Positions 52,201-64,000 of a stretch of DNA of 64,000 bases are shown one piece after another (positions within the stretch are counted from its first letter, which is position 1; the number at the start of each line of letters is the position of its first letter). The notes below the pieces were generated by a model that did no database searches, was not told where the DNA came from, and was given only the letters and a program-made list of their open reading frames with translations. Where the stretch lies: positions 9,424,001 to 9,488,000 of the forward strand of contig CP075492.1 of assembly GCA_021613535.1 (NCBI GenBank), given 5' to 3'. This DNA is from Adineta vaga. Its lineage: Eukaryota > Animalia > Rotifera. Position numbers and translations under genes: made by a program.

Positions 52201-53793
52201 GAAGAATAGTTATTTCGATTTGTCCATTTGTATGTTCAATAATAATAAATGGAATAATTGATGAATGAGATTTACGATGTGTTAAAGAAAGTAAAACACC
52301 ATTCGATATTCTACCTAATGTACGAAAACGTACGGATAAACGAAGTGGATAATCGAGTGATTCTCGATGACGATAATCGATGAATGCTGAAGAATTAAAT
52401 GTAATTATGATTGATGAGGTTGATCCTAATCATAAACAAAAAAGAAAGGAAAAAGAAAACAGTTGTTTCATCTTTTCTTTTCAGTTCATCAGTCAGGGTT
52501 AGGAAAATACGGGCACCATGATTAACATCTATCATGCCTCATCGGATATTTCTATCATCAAGTATGTTTATACAATATAAAAGAGATAACTATTAAGAAC
52601 AATTATTTTCCTATGCTTCACAGAATTCAAGAAAAGTATTCGATTATATTAAATCATCAACTATAGACAGATGCGTATCTACCTGGTCGATATTGATCTG
52701 GTAAAGTATTACGTTTGACAAGTTCTTTTCCTAAGTAACAATGTTTTGTTGACATATTTGTTTTGTTTCCTGTTACTTCATTCGATAATAATGAGAAGAG
52801 AACTTGTTTCTTATATTGATTATGATTAATTAAAAGTTTGAAGTTGGATGAAAATGTTAATAATTGTAAACTATGATTATTTCTTTTCAAATGAACAACA
52901 TGATAATGATTATCATTCGTTGTCAGTGTTAGATGACATTGTTCAATTATATAACATCGATTTGATATCGAGATTGTTTGATTAACAGCGGGAATAATAA
53001 TATGAGTAGAAAGTTTTTGACATAACTAGAAGAAAAAAAAAACATTATTTCATTATTTGATAATATAGAGAAGAAAAGAAACTACAGGGGGTTATAGAAA
53101 TGATACAATCATTGCAGATCGATGTTGGTGTTGTTCTCATGATGGTTGAGTGGTTACTTAAGATGTCTTGCTTACTTTCTTTTGTTCATGGTAATTATCG
53201 ATCGTATAACACGTAAATATCAAACCGATGAGGTGATTAACTTTTCTTTATATGTATAAGCTTGAAGAAAATTTCACATTAACTTGAAAATCTCTATTCT
53301 TTCGTCTTACTCAACGAAAACAATCAATTTTTCATTAGAAATTCGTATAAGAATGATTAGTTCGCCTGAAGCAAGCATGAACATAATGATTATTGAAATG
53401 AACTTTTCTTTCTCTTTTTAGTCTTTGAAAAGTATAAGATGGAAACATATCCATATGCTCTTTTGTAAAAGTAAAATGTAATTATGTTAAATTATACATA
53501 TTCATATTTAATGCACAGACACTACTCGAACATTACTTTAGGTATCATCTGTTGATCAATAAGAAATAATGTATTCAACAGTCATACAATGACAAATGCT
53601 CACGGACACATGAATGTCTACGCCCTCAAAAAAAAAAGCACCTAGTCAAAAGTAATGATGATGATCATGATTTTAAACTTTTAATTCATAAAAAAAGGAA
53701 ACGAAAATTTACAGTAATATTTACCTGTAGACTTCGATCAATGGAGAAGAATGAAATCAGCACCAATAGATGTAAAATATAATTGTTTTGCAT
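46230..53793 (-). CDS. Neurexin-like type I membrane protein (signal, LamG-LamG-EGF-LamG, Ser/Thr stalk, TM) with a long cytoplasmic tail ending in a WD40-like beta-repeat region
   Basis: Signal exon MQNNYILHLLVLISFFSIDRSLQ (53793). LamG motifs LSVRFRT, FLFRSYVPDGIILY...LSDGKWHEVRVTR, LYVGG...GFQGCL and VTDGMYHVIKIIR; EGF CYDFTCVHSGIC..CDCTETGYIGERC; TM GLLIGSIIASCFLLFLIFIFI. In-frame splices continue into ORF 47186-47908 and a last exon at about 46504-46230. Confidence 0.8.
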
Positions 53794-56700
53794 GATGAGA
53801 TTTGTGTTTGCCGTTCAAGTATTATTTCCGATGAATGTTACACATAGCGAGGGAAAAAAAGAGAAATAGGATATCTAAAGGCATTCAAGTGTATTCACTT
53901 CGACTTGTGCTTATGATTATAATGATAGTAGTGCTAGATCAATCATTGAAACAGAAAAAAAAGATAACAATAACATATTTGACAGATCCGCACCAAGAAC
54001 ATCTCTTCTTCTTCTTTTCCTTTTCGCTCTACTCTCGTCTTCTATTTCTTATCTTAACTCTATCTTTCTAATGACTGTTTCTTGGAATCAACGAAAAGAG
54101 CTTCTCCATCTTTTTGTCATCAACGTAGATAGAAAGAGAGAGAGAGAGAGAGTAGGAGAAGGAGAAGAAGAAAAAGAAAGAAAGAGAGAGAGGAAGGGAG
54201 AACAAATGAATCTTCTTTTTCTCGTCTATTTTCTTACTATTCTATCTAAATCAAGATATTTATACTATTGTGAACTATCGAAGAAAAAGAATATTTTATA
54301 TGATAATAATAGGAACTATTAATTCAAATAAAGATCTACTTATGTTCTACAAGAGAAAAAATGCGATCGATTAACACATCGTTTCTTGTCGTGTAAGTTC
54401 ATACAAGTGTGTGTTTAATCAAAAAGAGAAAAATGACAGATAAAATCACCTACGTATGATGCATGTATACATTATTACTCTTCTCATCTCGCACTCTATC
54501 TTGAGATATTAAATGTATATATGTATATACATATAGTTAAAGAACACGACGACGACAACAACAACAACAAAGAAAAGGCTTAACATTGTCACAGAGGCCG
54601 AGCCAGATTAAATGATAAATAGGGTTTCGTTGTTATTTTTATTTTGTTCATAAGAATTATGATAATAATATGGATACAGGTTAAATAAATGACTGGCTAA
54701 TCTACCCATATCTATAATTCTATTTGATGTGACTCAAATGAATTTCGTTTATCTTAGTGTGTTCTTTTTCCGCTCATTTTTGATTGTCTGACTGATAGTT
54801 ATAATGACTGATTATTGTTTGTTTGAAGTCGAAAAGATTAAATAGAAATTAGAATGGTTAATAAGAAAAAGAAAGAATGTTAGCAAAACACATCTATATT
54901 TTTCCCTTTCCTTTTCTGTCTGATAATCCTCAACACAGTGAACAAACCCTGCGGAACTACATCCTGTTTAAACGCCAATTATCTATTGCGTGCTTCAAGG
55001 CGAATAGAATATATGTCAGACGCGATTCGATTACTATTTTCATGTATCGCACACCTTGTCACTTTCTTTACTCAATTTACAAATCATCATTGAACTAACG
55101 ATAAATCAGTAGGTGATCATCAGCTGTTAGGCATCTGATGAGCTATGACGAAATTTATGCAACAAGGGAGAGAGGGAGATGAAACGGAAGTGTGAAAAAT
55201 TCTCGAGAGAATAGCTGACTGACCAATTCAGTTCCTTGTAGACAAGCAAATTAAGGATCAACTTACGATGAAAAAAAAAGAGGAGGAGAGCGAAAAAGCT
55301 CAAGACAAGAAAAGAATCGCTTTGTTTGCTATGCATCAATGGTGGTTACTTCCCTTCCGCACAAATTACAGACAGTATTATATAATCACAAAAAAAGAAA
55401 AAGAAGAAGAAGAAGAGAAGAAAAAAAACTTGATTTGAACGAAAAAAGACGATATTAAGCAAAGAGCCACTTTAGCTATTTACAAAATACTTCGTATTAA
55501 CTGACCAATTGAAATACTTAGGAATCAATCTTAACGATAACAAGAAGAAGAAGAATGGACATTATTCTCGTTCTTTTGACTATTCATTGATGAAAGTGAT
55601 TGATAACACCACGTAATACGAAAAAAAAGTATCTGTTTCTTATACTATACATACGCTTACATAAACATTGTGACAGGTTACTAGTGTTCATATTTTTTCT
55701 TTACTCATCTCATTAATACCCTCATGTCAGTTGATTTTTCGTTGTGTAGACATATCATTGTTTGCTTCAGTCAATTAATGCTTATTAGTTATGGTAGTCA
55801 CTGTGTCTACTGGCAAATTACTTATTCAACTTTTGTTCAATCGATAGGTAGTATTAAGACAATAGACTCGAGATGCATTATGTTAATGTTGAGTATTTAT
55901 GATTAGACATAAAAAGAAACAGATATCATGGTCAAAAGTAAACGAAATGAGGAGTAAAACTACAAAGATTAGTTCTACATTACATGTCTGTTGAGTAGAA
56001 ATGATCAAAACGGATATTGAACATGATAAAGAAAAGAAGATGGAGAGTATATATATAAGTCATCGTTAGGAGAGAGAAAAATACGGAAAGCGAAAAGAAA
56101 ATCTAAAGTGCTTGTGCGTGTGCAATCTACATTCATTACGCTTGTTTGTACATGATGATCGAATAAAAGAAATGATGCTCAGATAGCCTTCAAAGCAATT
56201 CACTCATTACTCGCTCTCTTCTCGACTTCTGTATATTGTCATAAGAAGCGTAAGATAAAGATGAACAAAACTCAATTGTTAGAATGTCTACTAGAAGGAT
56301 GTAACAATAAAATCATCTTATTCTTATTCAAAATTCCAGGAATAGAAACAAGATCGAATAGGATACTCTTTTTTCCAAAGTGAATGTTTGATGTATCCTT
56401 GAACATTACGCATCTGTTCTGGGAATAGACTTTTTATACAATGTTAATTGCAATCAGAATATAGAACAAAAGAGATTCTAATGCAAAATGAAACGATAAA
56501 GTTAACGAAAAGAAAACAAATGCTCGAATTATTTACTATTAAATTTTGAACAACAAAATATCGATATATTTCTCATAGGTTTATCATAGGAATGAAAAAT
56601 GAAAAGATAAAAACAACATTCAACAACTCGTGAAGACGAACTCATGTAAGAATCTGAATCAAGGAGTAATTTCTTTTCTCTGATGTTATTTCTCTCGTTT

Positions 56701-57559
56701 TTCTATGACTTTATTCTTTTCTCGTGTTATTTTGTTTGACTGCATCTGTTTTTCCGTATTCTCTTTACTATCTCTATTAATAATAAAGCTAGTAATCAAT
56801 TCTATCTGCTTTTATAGTGATCAGAAAAGATCTTTGAATATGTTCATTGTCACGTAATGTCATCATCACGAACATTCGTCGTTTGATGATATACAAGTAA
56901 CGATATGATTGTATTATATGCCGATAGAAAACATCAAAAGTCAAAGAAAACTCAATGTATTGTTTTCGTAATTCAATTGATCATTAGTACATTAGAAGGC
57001 GTATAGTCAAAATTAATGTTGATGAATGTTATTCGAAAGCAGGTTTTAACGTCATGATAGTAAACAACTGAAAAACAGTGTAGTAAGTCATATATGATAA
57101 TAATTAGGAATAGGTTGAGGAACAATGTTTGTAGGTAATCATTTTCTATAACCTTTGAAGGTTTTAGATTATTTTTCAAGATTGTTATTTCCTTGTTTAT
57201 AAATAGGTTAGTTTTATCTGCACATTTGCTTTTAATCTATTTCAAAAACTCTTAACATCAAGAGTACTTCTTCATTGATACTGAAAATAAGCAAAGATCT
57301 ATTTTTAATTATAGTACGAAAAAGATATCTGTATACCATCACCTTGCACAGATGCCACTGAATACTATCATTTATATTCATGATAGGATCATCCATGTCT
57401 ACCATATCTCATCACATAAATAATGTTTCATTTTCAATATTGTTTGCTTTTCTTAAATTTCCACCAATGATAGAGTTTTCTCACTATCGTTGCTATTACT
57501 ATCTGAAACTGAAAATACTCATATATTTACTTTGAAGTATTTGTATGTTTTAATCATGA

Positions 57560-58617
57560 ATGACAATCGTTCTTTGTTATTCTTTCATACATCAACAAAA
57601 TCGAACTTCGAATCATGATTCTATCTCAACGTTTTCTCTTACACAAATTCTTGACCGTACCAAAGTTGATCTATTCAATGATGAAACATTTGATGCTACT
57701 GATTTAGATAAAACTAAAACAAAGTCTCGTTTTGGTGAAAATAGAGAATTTCTAAATGAAAATATGGTTTCTATGGAACAGATGACATCTCTTCTATTAG
57801 AACATTTCATTACAGTATCATCACAAGATTATATGAATGACTTCAATCATCGACAAGCTCATGGCCCAGATCAAGATGCATTTGCTGGACTAATGAGTTA
57901 TCGAGAAAAACAATGGATTGCCACCAAACTTCAATTGGATCAAGAAAAAAGAGTAAAAAATTTCATAAATTCCCCACCTATTCTATTCTCATTTCTCTTT
58001 AGATTTGCATAAAAAACAAAATTAATTTGGTAAACAATTAACTGCTACTCCTGGTCATCATTTATGTATTATTATAGACAGATATCCAAACGATCGAAAG
58101 TATTCGTTTTCCGTAATCGTTGGACAAATTCATAAAAGTCGATTGATTCTTCAATATCTATATTTACACCTAACATCGGGATCATGTGAATTCAATACTG
58201 CTTTGTCTTTATAATTCATTGTGTTATATAATTCGTCGATAATCAACACAATTTTCTATTGAATCTTCTTTTAGAAATATGATTAGTCCTATGATCAAAA
58301 GATCAAATTCGATCAACTATTTCTCAAACTTATACATACATGTATTACAATAAAAAAAATTCAGCAGCACTTCTGAGTCCATTTTCCGATCCAAAATTAT
58401 TTACCAATTCATTTACTATAACACTCCTCATAGATAGTTTGTTGACTTTGAAACGATATTGCTATTGAGTTCTCAAATCCTAATTCTTTCGGATTACAAA
58501 TTATCTGAACAGGCTCGTTTTGTTATTAATGATCTATGTCAAGCATTGATGGCTAATTATTCTGAACTATATTATCAATCTACAAAAATCCAGAAACCAT
58601 TTGCACAAATTCAATAA
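57560..58617 (+). pseudogene. Degenerate PAT1/PATL1 (mRNA decapping activator)-like remnant
   Basis: DLFNDETFD resembles the PAT1 N-terminal motif and DAFAGLMSYREKQWI resembles YAGLMxxREKDWI. Downstream coding-like fragments (FGKQLTATP, LFTNSFTITLL) lie in different frames and are interrupted by stops. Confidence 0.6.
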
Positions 58618-59356
58618 CAACAGTTTACTTTACTCTGTAAATTTATTTGTTTACGAACAGCTCAAAAAGATTTATGCAATCTAAGAACGCAAACTTATCG
58701 CTTTTTGTATTGGAGATTTTAAAAAAATGTATAGGTATTAACAGAAAGAGAGTGTTTATTGAGTACACAAAAAGAAGAAGTGTGAAAAAAATCAAGAAAC
58801 CTTGATATATCGAGATGTGTATTATTCATAACTTTTTTGAATATGTAATCGAACGAATGTTGCGTATATTTCATCTACCAATAAGTAAAAAAAAAGAAAA
58901 GAAAAAGAAGACTACATATTGTTCGATGAACCGTAACCATGTAACTGAATATAAAACGTGATATATCGAAATTCTACTATTTACTCACACACGCTTTGCT
59001 GTGACTTATTCTATAAGTAAGAAGGTTCTTTGTTTATTTCTTTCATTTGTACATTGATGAATAGAATACGATTAAATTTTACGGAATATGTTTACTGGCG
59101 ACCTCCTGTTTCGTTATATAGATTTGTCCAATCGAGAGATTTTTTCTTTCTAAAAATCAATCACTGAATCATTTAGTATTGATCGAACTCAATATTTTAG
59201 TTGTTCTGTTAAATCAGTCAGAGGTATTTTCTTTTTCTTTTCAAGGACAACTTGAAAGAGTAGAAATGATTTGATTTAGTACAAGTTTGATTTTAAAAAT
59301 GTAACTAAGAAATAAAGATAATATGCTTTTAGATTTTTATTGTCTGAACTTTCATA

Positions 59357-60324
59357 ATGGACACGATTCGATTGTTTTATATGGTAAATTTCTTTATTAA
59401 TATAATAAAAATCATATTTATGATCTAGGAAATACTACACAAATGTCAGCCTCCAATACATTTTCTACAAAGTAAAGCTCGTTTATTAAATGAAGAATTA
59501 AGAAATGCATTTTCACCATTGCAATTGATTACAACTACTGCATTAATTACGGCATTTGGAATCAGTGTCTATCGTTTTATATTTATTCATGAAGAAGGTA
59601 AATATATTTTCTCGCTGAAATGTACTATTATTTTGTCTATTATAGATATTTTGATTCGTCTTCGTGAAACATTCTTTCGTCTAGCTCGTCGATTACCTCT
59701 TGTACAACGGCAAATAGCCAAAGCACGTGAAGAGACATTAACATCTATCTGCAATGATATTGCCAAAAGTGTTGCGGGTCATAAATTCATTCAAGGTTTA
59801 CCGTTGAAAGGCTTATCAAAGGTGAAAGTCATTCTTAATGAATAGGTCGCACATATCTTTCGTTTATTTTTTATACTTAGGAAGAACTTCTCGAAAAATT
59901 AGACCAATATCGAAATTTTGAAAAAATTAATTTTCAAGTTGGACATGTATCTGGATGTGTTTATAAAATAGCACAATCGGATATGACTGATATCTATCAC
60001 AGGGTACTCTTGTAGAAGTTGAAATTTGTACTAAAATATAAATTTATTTGTAGATTTTCAGTTTATTCGGTGATACAAATCCTCTTCATGTTGATATTTT
60101 TCCTGATATTCGAACAATGGAAGCTGAAGTCGTTCGTTGTGTTGCAACTATGTTTCATGGTGATGAAAATGCTTGTGGAACGGTAAATGATTTCTATACT
60201 ACAATTCACAAAACTTTCATCATTGTCTTCTTCAGATGACATCAGGCGGAACAGAATCATTAATAATGGCTTGTAAAACTTATCGAGATCTAGCCTATTC
60301 AAGAGGAATTAGTAAACCTGAAAT
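59357..60324 (+). CDS. SGPL1: Sphingosine-1-phosphate lyase, 5' exons only; continues beyond a >3.6 kb intron or is truncated
   Basis: [55 protein letters not shown] and [20 protein letters not shown]...KPE, followed by a GTAAGT donor at 60325. Confidence 0.92.
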
Positions 60325-60400
60325 GTAAGTACTTGAGTTTTTTCGTAAAAGTAGAGAATGCATTGACAAGATAGAGTTTCATATTTCATTCGGTTTTTTT

Positions 60401-60889
60401 TCAAAACATGCTCTTTGAATAATAAAAAATAATAATCATAAAAGAAAAAAACAAAATTGGAATTGATCCTTGCCGATATGACGAACTAATACCTGAAAGA
60501 AATTGCTCTGCATTTAAATAAAAATCATTATTACATTGTTCACTGTTACAACGTTTTATCGTTATTATATCAATTGATGATAAGGAATTCATTTTTGATT
60601 GAAGTAATAGATTTCCTTCGATTGTCATATCGGCATAAGGTGAACAATCACGTATAGCACGAGTTATTGTATTTAATGGAAATTCACGTGAATTTATAGG
60701 CGAGGATAATGAACGATTATGTAGAACAGCAAAATAACAAAACGTTCGACATGTTCGAACAGATATTGGTCGAGTAAATTCTCCGCAACCAGGACCATCG
60801 AGAAAATTGTCACACGTTAAACATTGAAAATCATTTGCATTGATAATTAAGGAATAATCAATTAATAGAAAGAGAAAAAGCCATTCCAT
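60401..60889 (-). CDS. Ly6/uPAR (three-finger, quiver/sleepless-like) GPI-anchored protein, nested antisense in the SGPL1 intron
   Basis: Signal peptide, FQCLTC...C...C...C...RDC...CNSEQCN cysteine pattern and a hydrophobic C-terminal GPI-type signal. Confidence 0.78.
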   Translation of the reverse strand: MEWLFLFLLIDYSLIINANDFQCLTCDNFLDGPGCGEFTRPISVRTCRTFCYFAVLHNRSLSSPINSREFPLNTITRAIRDCSPYADMTIEGNLLLQSKMNSLSSIDIITIKRCNSEQCNNDFYLNAEQFLSGISSSYRQGSIPILFFSFMIIIFYYSKSMF

Positions 60890-61984
60890 TGATATTTTCT
60901 AAACGAAAGAGAAAAGAAAAAGAAATGAAACGATATTTCTTCGATCGATTTATTCAAATTCAATTTCAATATTTGATCATCTTCGTATTACTTACGCTTG
61001 TTTAATTACATATATACTTGTTATTTTGTTACTCGTTCTTGTCAAGATATGGAGAATAGATTCATAGTTTTTATTCGATTCATACTCAATTGATTTCTAG
61101 AAAGAAATATTAGACAGATACATAATCTGTTTATATAGATAATTATAAAAAAACAAAATTCCTATCATAAATAGACGTAGGAGGAGAAAAAATGTTTGCA
61201 TTCTCGGAGTTTCTGCTAATGATCAATCTAATTCTTCACATCTTGTCATCAATCAAACTTGAGTTATCTTAACTAAATGAGAAGAGAAAAAATTACATCA
61301 CGTCGTCATAGGAATTAGTATCTGGTATATAACTCGTGAGAAAATGAACTATTTCAATAGAAAATGATAAGAAATTACTTCTTATTGTTTGTTTAATTAT
61401 TAAACTATGATCGTATTACAATGGACTGTCGAAGAGTAATTTAGTTGTTCTCATCACTAATACAATTGTATTGTGATTATTCTCGATTTTATTTCTTCCT
61501 TTCTTCTCGATCTATGCACATCGATTGACCTCAATAAAAGAAAGAGAGAGAGAAAAAAAACTTTTTCTTTTACCGTAAGCGTCTAAACTAAATACGGAAG
61601 TGTCTGATTTTTTTTTGAACATTTCCTTTTGCTTTACTTTTTTTTGTCTAGTCTTGTTTATTTCATTTACGTAAAGATGCAGTCTAATCAAATTGCAAAA
61701 AAGAAAGAAAAAAAGTAATCAAACGAAAAGCAACCGACAAGGAAATAGAGTTTCTGACGTATATCCTCGGGGAGAAGAAAAAAAAAGTGACCAGTAAATA
61801 GAGTTAATAGCATGAATGAAATGAAAGAATGACAAGATGTTGATGAGAAGGATGCCAAATGTTGTTTTTTGTGCCATGTTAGAAGTATATATGTATATAG
61901 ACGGAGAGAGGGAGAATAAGAGATGGATATGATAACCAAATCACGCAGATGTACTTGACTTTCAAATGATGTACATACGAATAA

Positions 61985-62010
61985 AGAGAGAGAGAGAGAG
62001 AGAGAGAGAG
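61985..62010. repeat. (GA)n microsatellite
   Basis: Direct run of gagaga... Confidence 0.9.
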
Positions 62011-64000
62011 GGCAAAAATGAAAACTAGGGAAGTCATTTTCATCGTCTCTTATTTCAGTTTGACAACGAGATTTTTCTTTGCTCTCGTCAAATAAATCTT
62101 TGATTCACGTTTTATAATCATGATTGATGATGTTTAGTTGATGTCAACAAAAGAAAATATCAATTTATTGTACAGTTATTGTCAACAGTTGTGAATCATT
62201 CGAGACGTAACCTTAACGCAAGACGAACGATCCTGATGCTAAACGACGTTGTGAAAGAGAGAGAGAAAAAAAAACGGTTGACATGACCAGTTGATAGAAG
62301 AAAGAAATGGTCACTTCACTTTCTCTCTCTCTCTCTGAACGTGATGAAAGAGTCAGATCGAACAATAAACAGACAGTAGTATTGTTATATTATTACAATG
62401 TAACTAAAAGATTAATCAACATAAATCATTCGTTGATAATATAAGCGTGCTAATTATTATTCTACCCTGAATTTTGATGTCATTAATAAGTAATGTTAAG
62501 AAAGTGAAAAGATCGACAAGTGTAAACGTGTCTAGAAGAGTTTTTGAGCACTTAAACGTAAACGTAGGATATATTTTACCTAGAAAAAAGAACAGCAATA
62601 CCTGTCGAGAATGTCATCCAATAAAGAAAAAAGAAAAGCCGTTTTTTTTCTCTTCTTATTCTTGCATGTTTCTCGATCCAATTACGGATAGTCAGTTTTA
62701 GTAGTCTTTCTCTCTTTCTTTTTTGCCGAAGAGAAATGTTTGTGTGACAAACAAGCACAAAGTATCTTGCTTACGCCTCTATAAGATCGATTAAACGCAA
62801 AAGAACACGCACCATAGGCATGAAATCTCTCCGGAACTTGCTCTATCTCGTTCATCGAACTAATATGCTTGATTCAAGACGAATTAAAAAAACTGAGAAG
62901 GAGAAAGAAAGAAAGAAAGAACGATGTCTATATCTTTCCATTTTTTGTGTCATTAATCATGTTCGAACGACAATGTCTCGGTGGATGTGGGCAAGATCTT
63001 TTGCCTTGACAAAATGCAGTCACGCGGTCAGTAGTAACTAACGAGACTGCAATTAAATGCGCATACTCTCATTTCCGCTGGCAGAACTTGCGCATGTGCA
63101 CGTATCTATTCTTGATGTAGAATACAAAAAAAAACGACGATGAATGAGATCATGCTTCCGCAAAATAGAACATATTATTTTTTTCCCCTGTATTAAAAAA
63201 CGAAGAGAAAAAGAATGTCATAATCATTTATCGACAATGTCTAGATGAATACAAAGTAGGAAATATATTACTCTATTAAATAGTAGCATGATGATATTTT
63301 GAATTCTTTCTCTATATATGATAAAGTCCCTACTGGGTATACATCTATTTCATATTGAACGAAGTAATCATTTTCAATCGTCATATTAGATTACTATCAA
63401 CATTTGTTCCTTCATTTTTAATGAACAAAAACAGTTTCTCAGACGAACATCTGTGTATCAATACTGTTAAATAGATATCGATGACTGTTATATTGGACAA
63501 CATTCTCATCTTATCTTTCTATTCAAATATACATACACGTTTCTGTCTGGTTACTTACAATCATTCAGAACAGTTTAGTCAAAAGAAAGAAGTTCTACAA
63601 ACAGACATTGTTTTCATAATAACGAATCTTTTCGTATTGCGTTATTAATGTAATCAATGAATGCAACCACCTTATAAAGAACGGCTAAACATTCAAGTGT
63701 ACTAATGTGTAGTCAGACAGAAATAAAATAATTTCTTTTTCGAATACACATTCAACATTTTCTACTAAAGAAAACAGAATGATCGAGTTCTATCAACATT
63801 GAGTATATGTATGTGTCTTGTAAATGAATAGAGAGAAGAAGAAGAAGAAGAAGAAAAAACGACTATTATTACGATGCAACTGGACGAGAAAAGAGGAGAC
63901 CTTAGAATAGTGAATAAATAGAAAGTGTCATAAAGTCTGATGACAATGAATAACGACGAGCTATTGATTAACTTAATAAATACGGAACAAAAAGAAGACA

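Noticed and set aside
53835-57500. Short ORFs upstream of the neurexin-like gene
   Set aside because: No motifs and no consistent exon chain; composition is typical of intergenic DNA.
1-64000. Transposons, CRISPR arrays, tRNA/rRNA genes
   Set aside because: No transposase or RT motifs, terminal repeats, repeat-spacer arrays or structured RNA genes were recognisable by eye; small RNAs could have been missed.

Overview
AT-rich, gene-dense eukaryotic (animal) DNA with many short (about 50-65 bp) GT-AG introns and intronless bacterial-type genes among metazoan ones. This profile suggests a bdelloid rotifer (inference, not proven). About 24 genes were reconstructed by manually splicing the ORF track: the 3' part of BLTP1/KIAA1109, SIAE, RUFY, DUF924, myosin essential light chain, TPRA1 (with TMEM45 nested in intron 1), a small secreted peptide, a motif-dead fatty acyl-CoA reductase, PTCD3, AnmK, ALKBH4 fused to a kinase-like remnant, RSRC2, RPE, a divergent RagC/D, an eIF2beta-like protein, RMND1, an orphan membrane protein, an Arf-like GTPase, a 5-HT2-like GPCR, a neurexin-like receptor, a PAT1-like pseudogene and the 5' part of SGPL1 (with a Ly6-type gene in its intron). 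Highlights: (1) a neurexin-like LamG/EGF receptor whose tail splices in frame into a WD40-like propeller; (2) ALKBH4 spliced in frame to a catalytically gutted APH/homoserine-kinase-like domain, next to a bacterial AnmK; (3) two operon-like, probably SL trans-spliced clusters, each containing a candidate horizontally acquired gene; (4) two antisense nested genes; (5) several proteins with altered catalytic residues. All family assignments come from motif recognition by eye; no searches were run.
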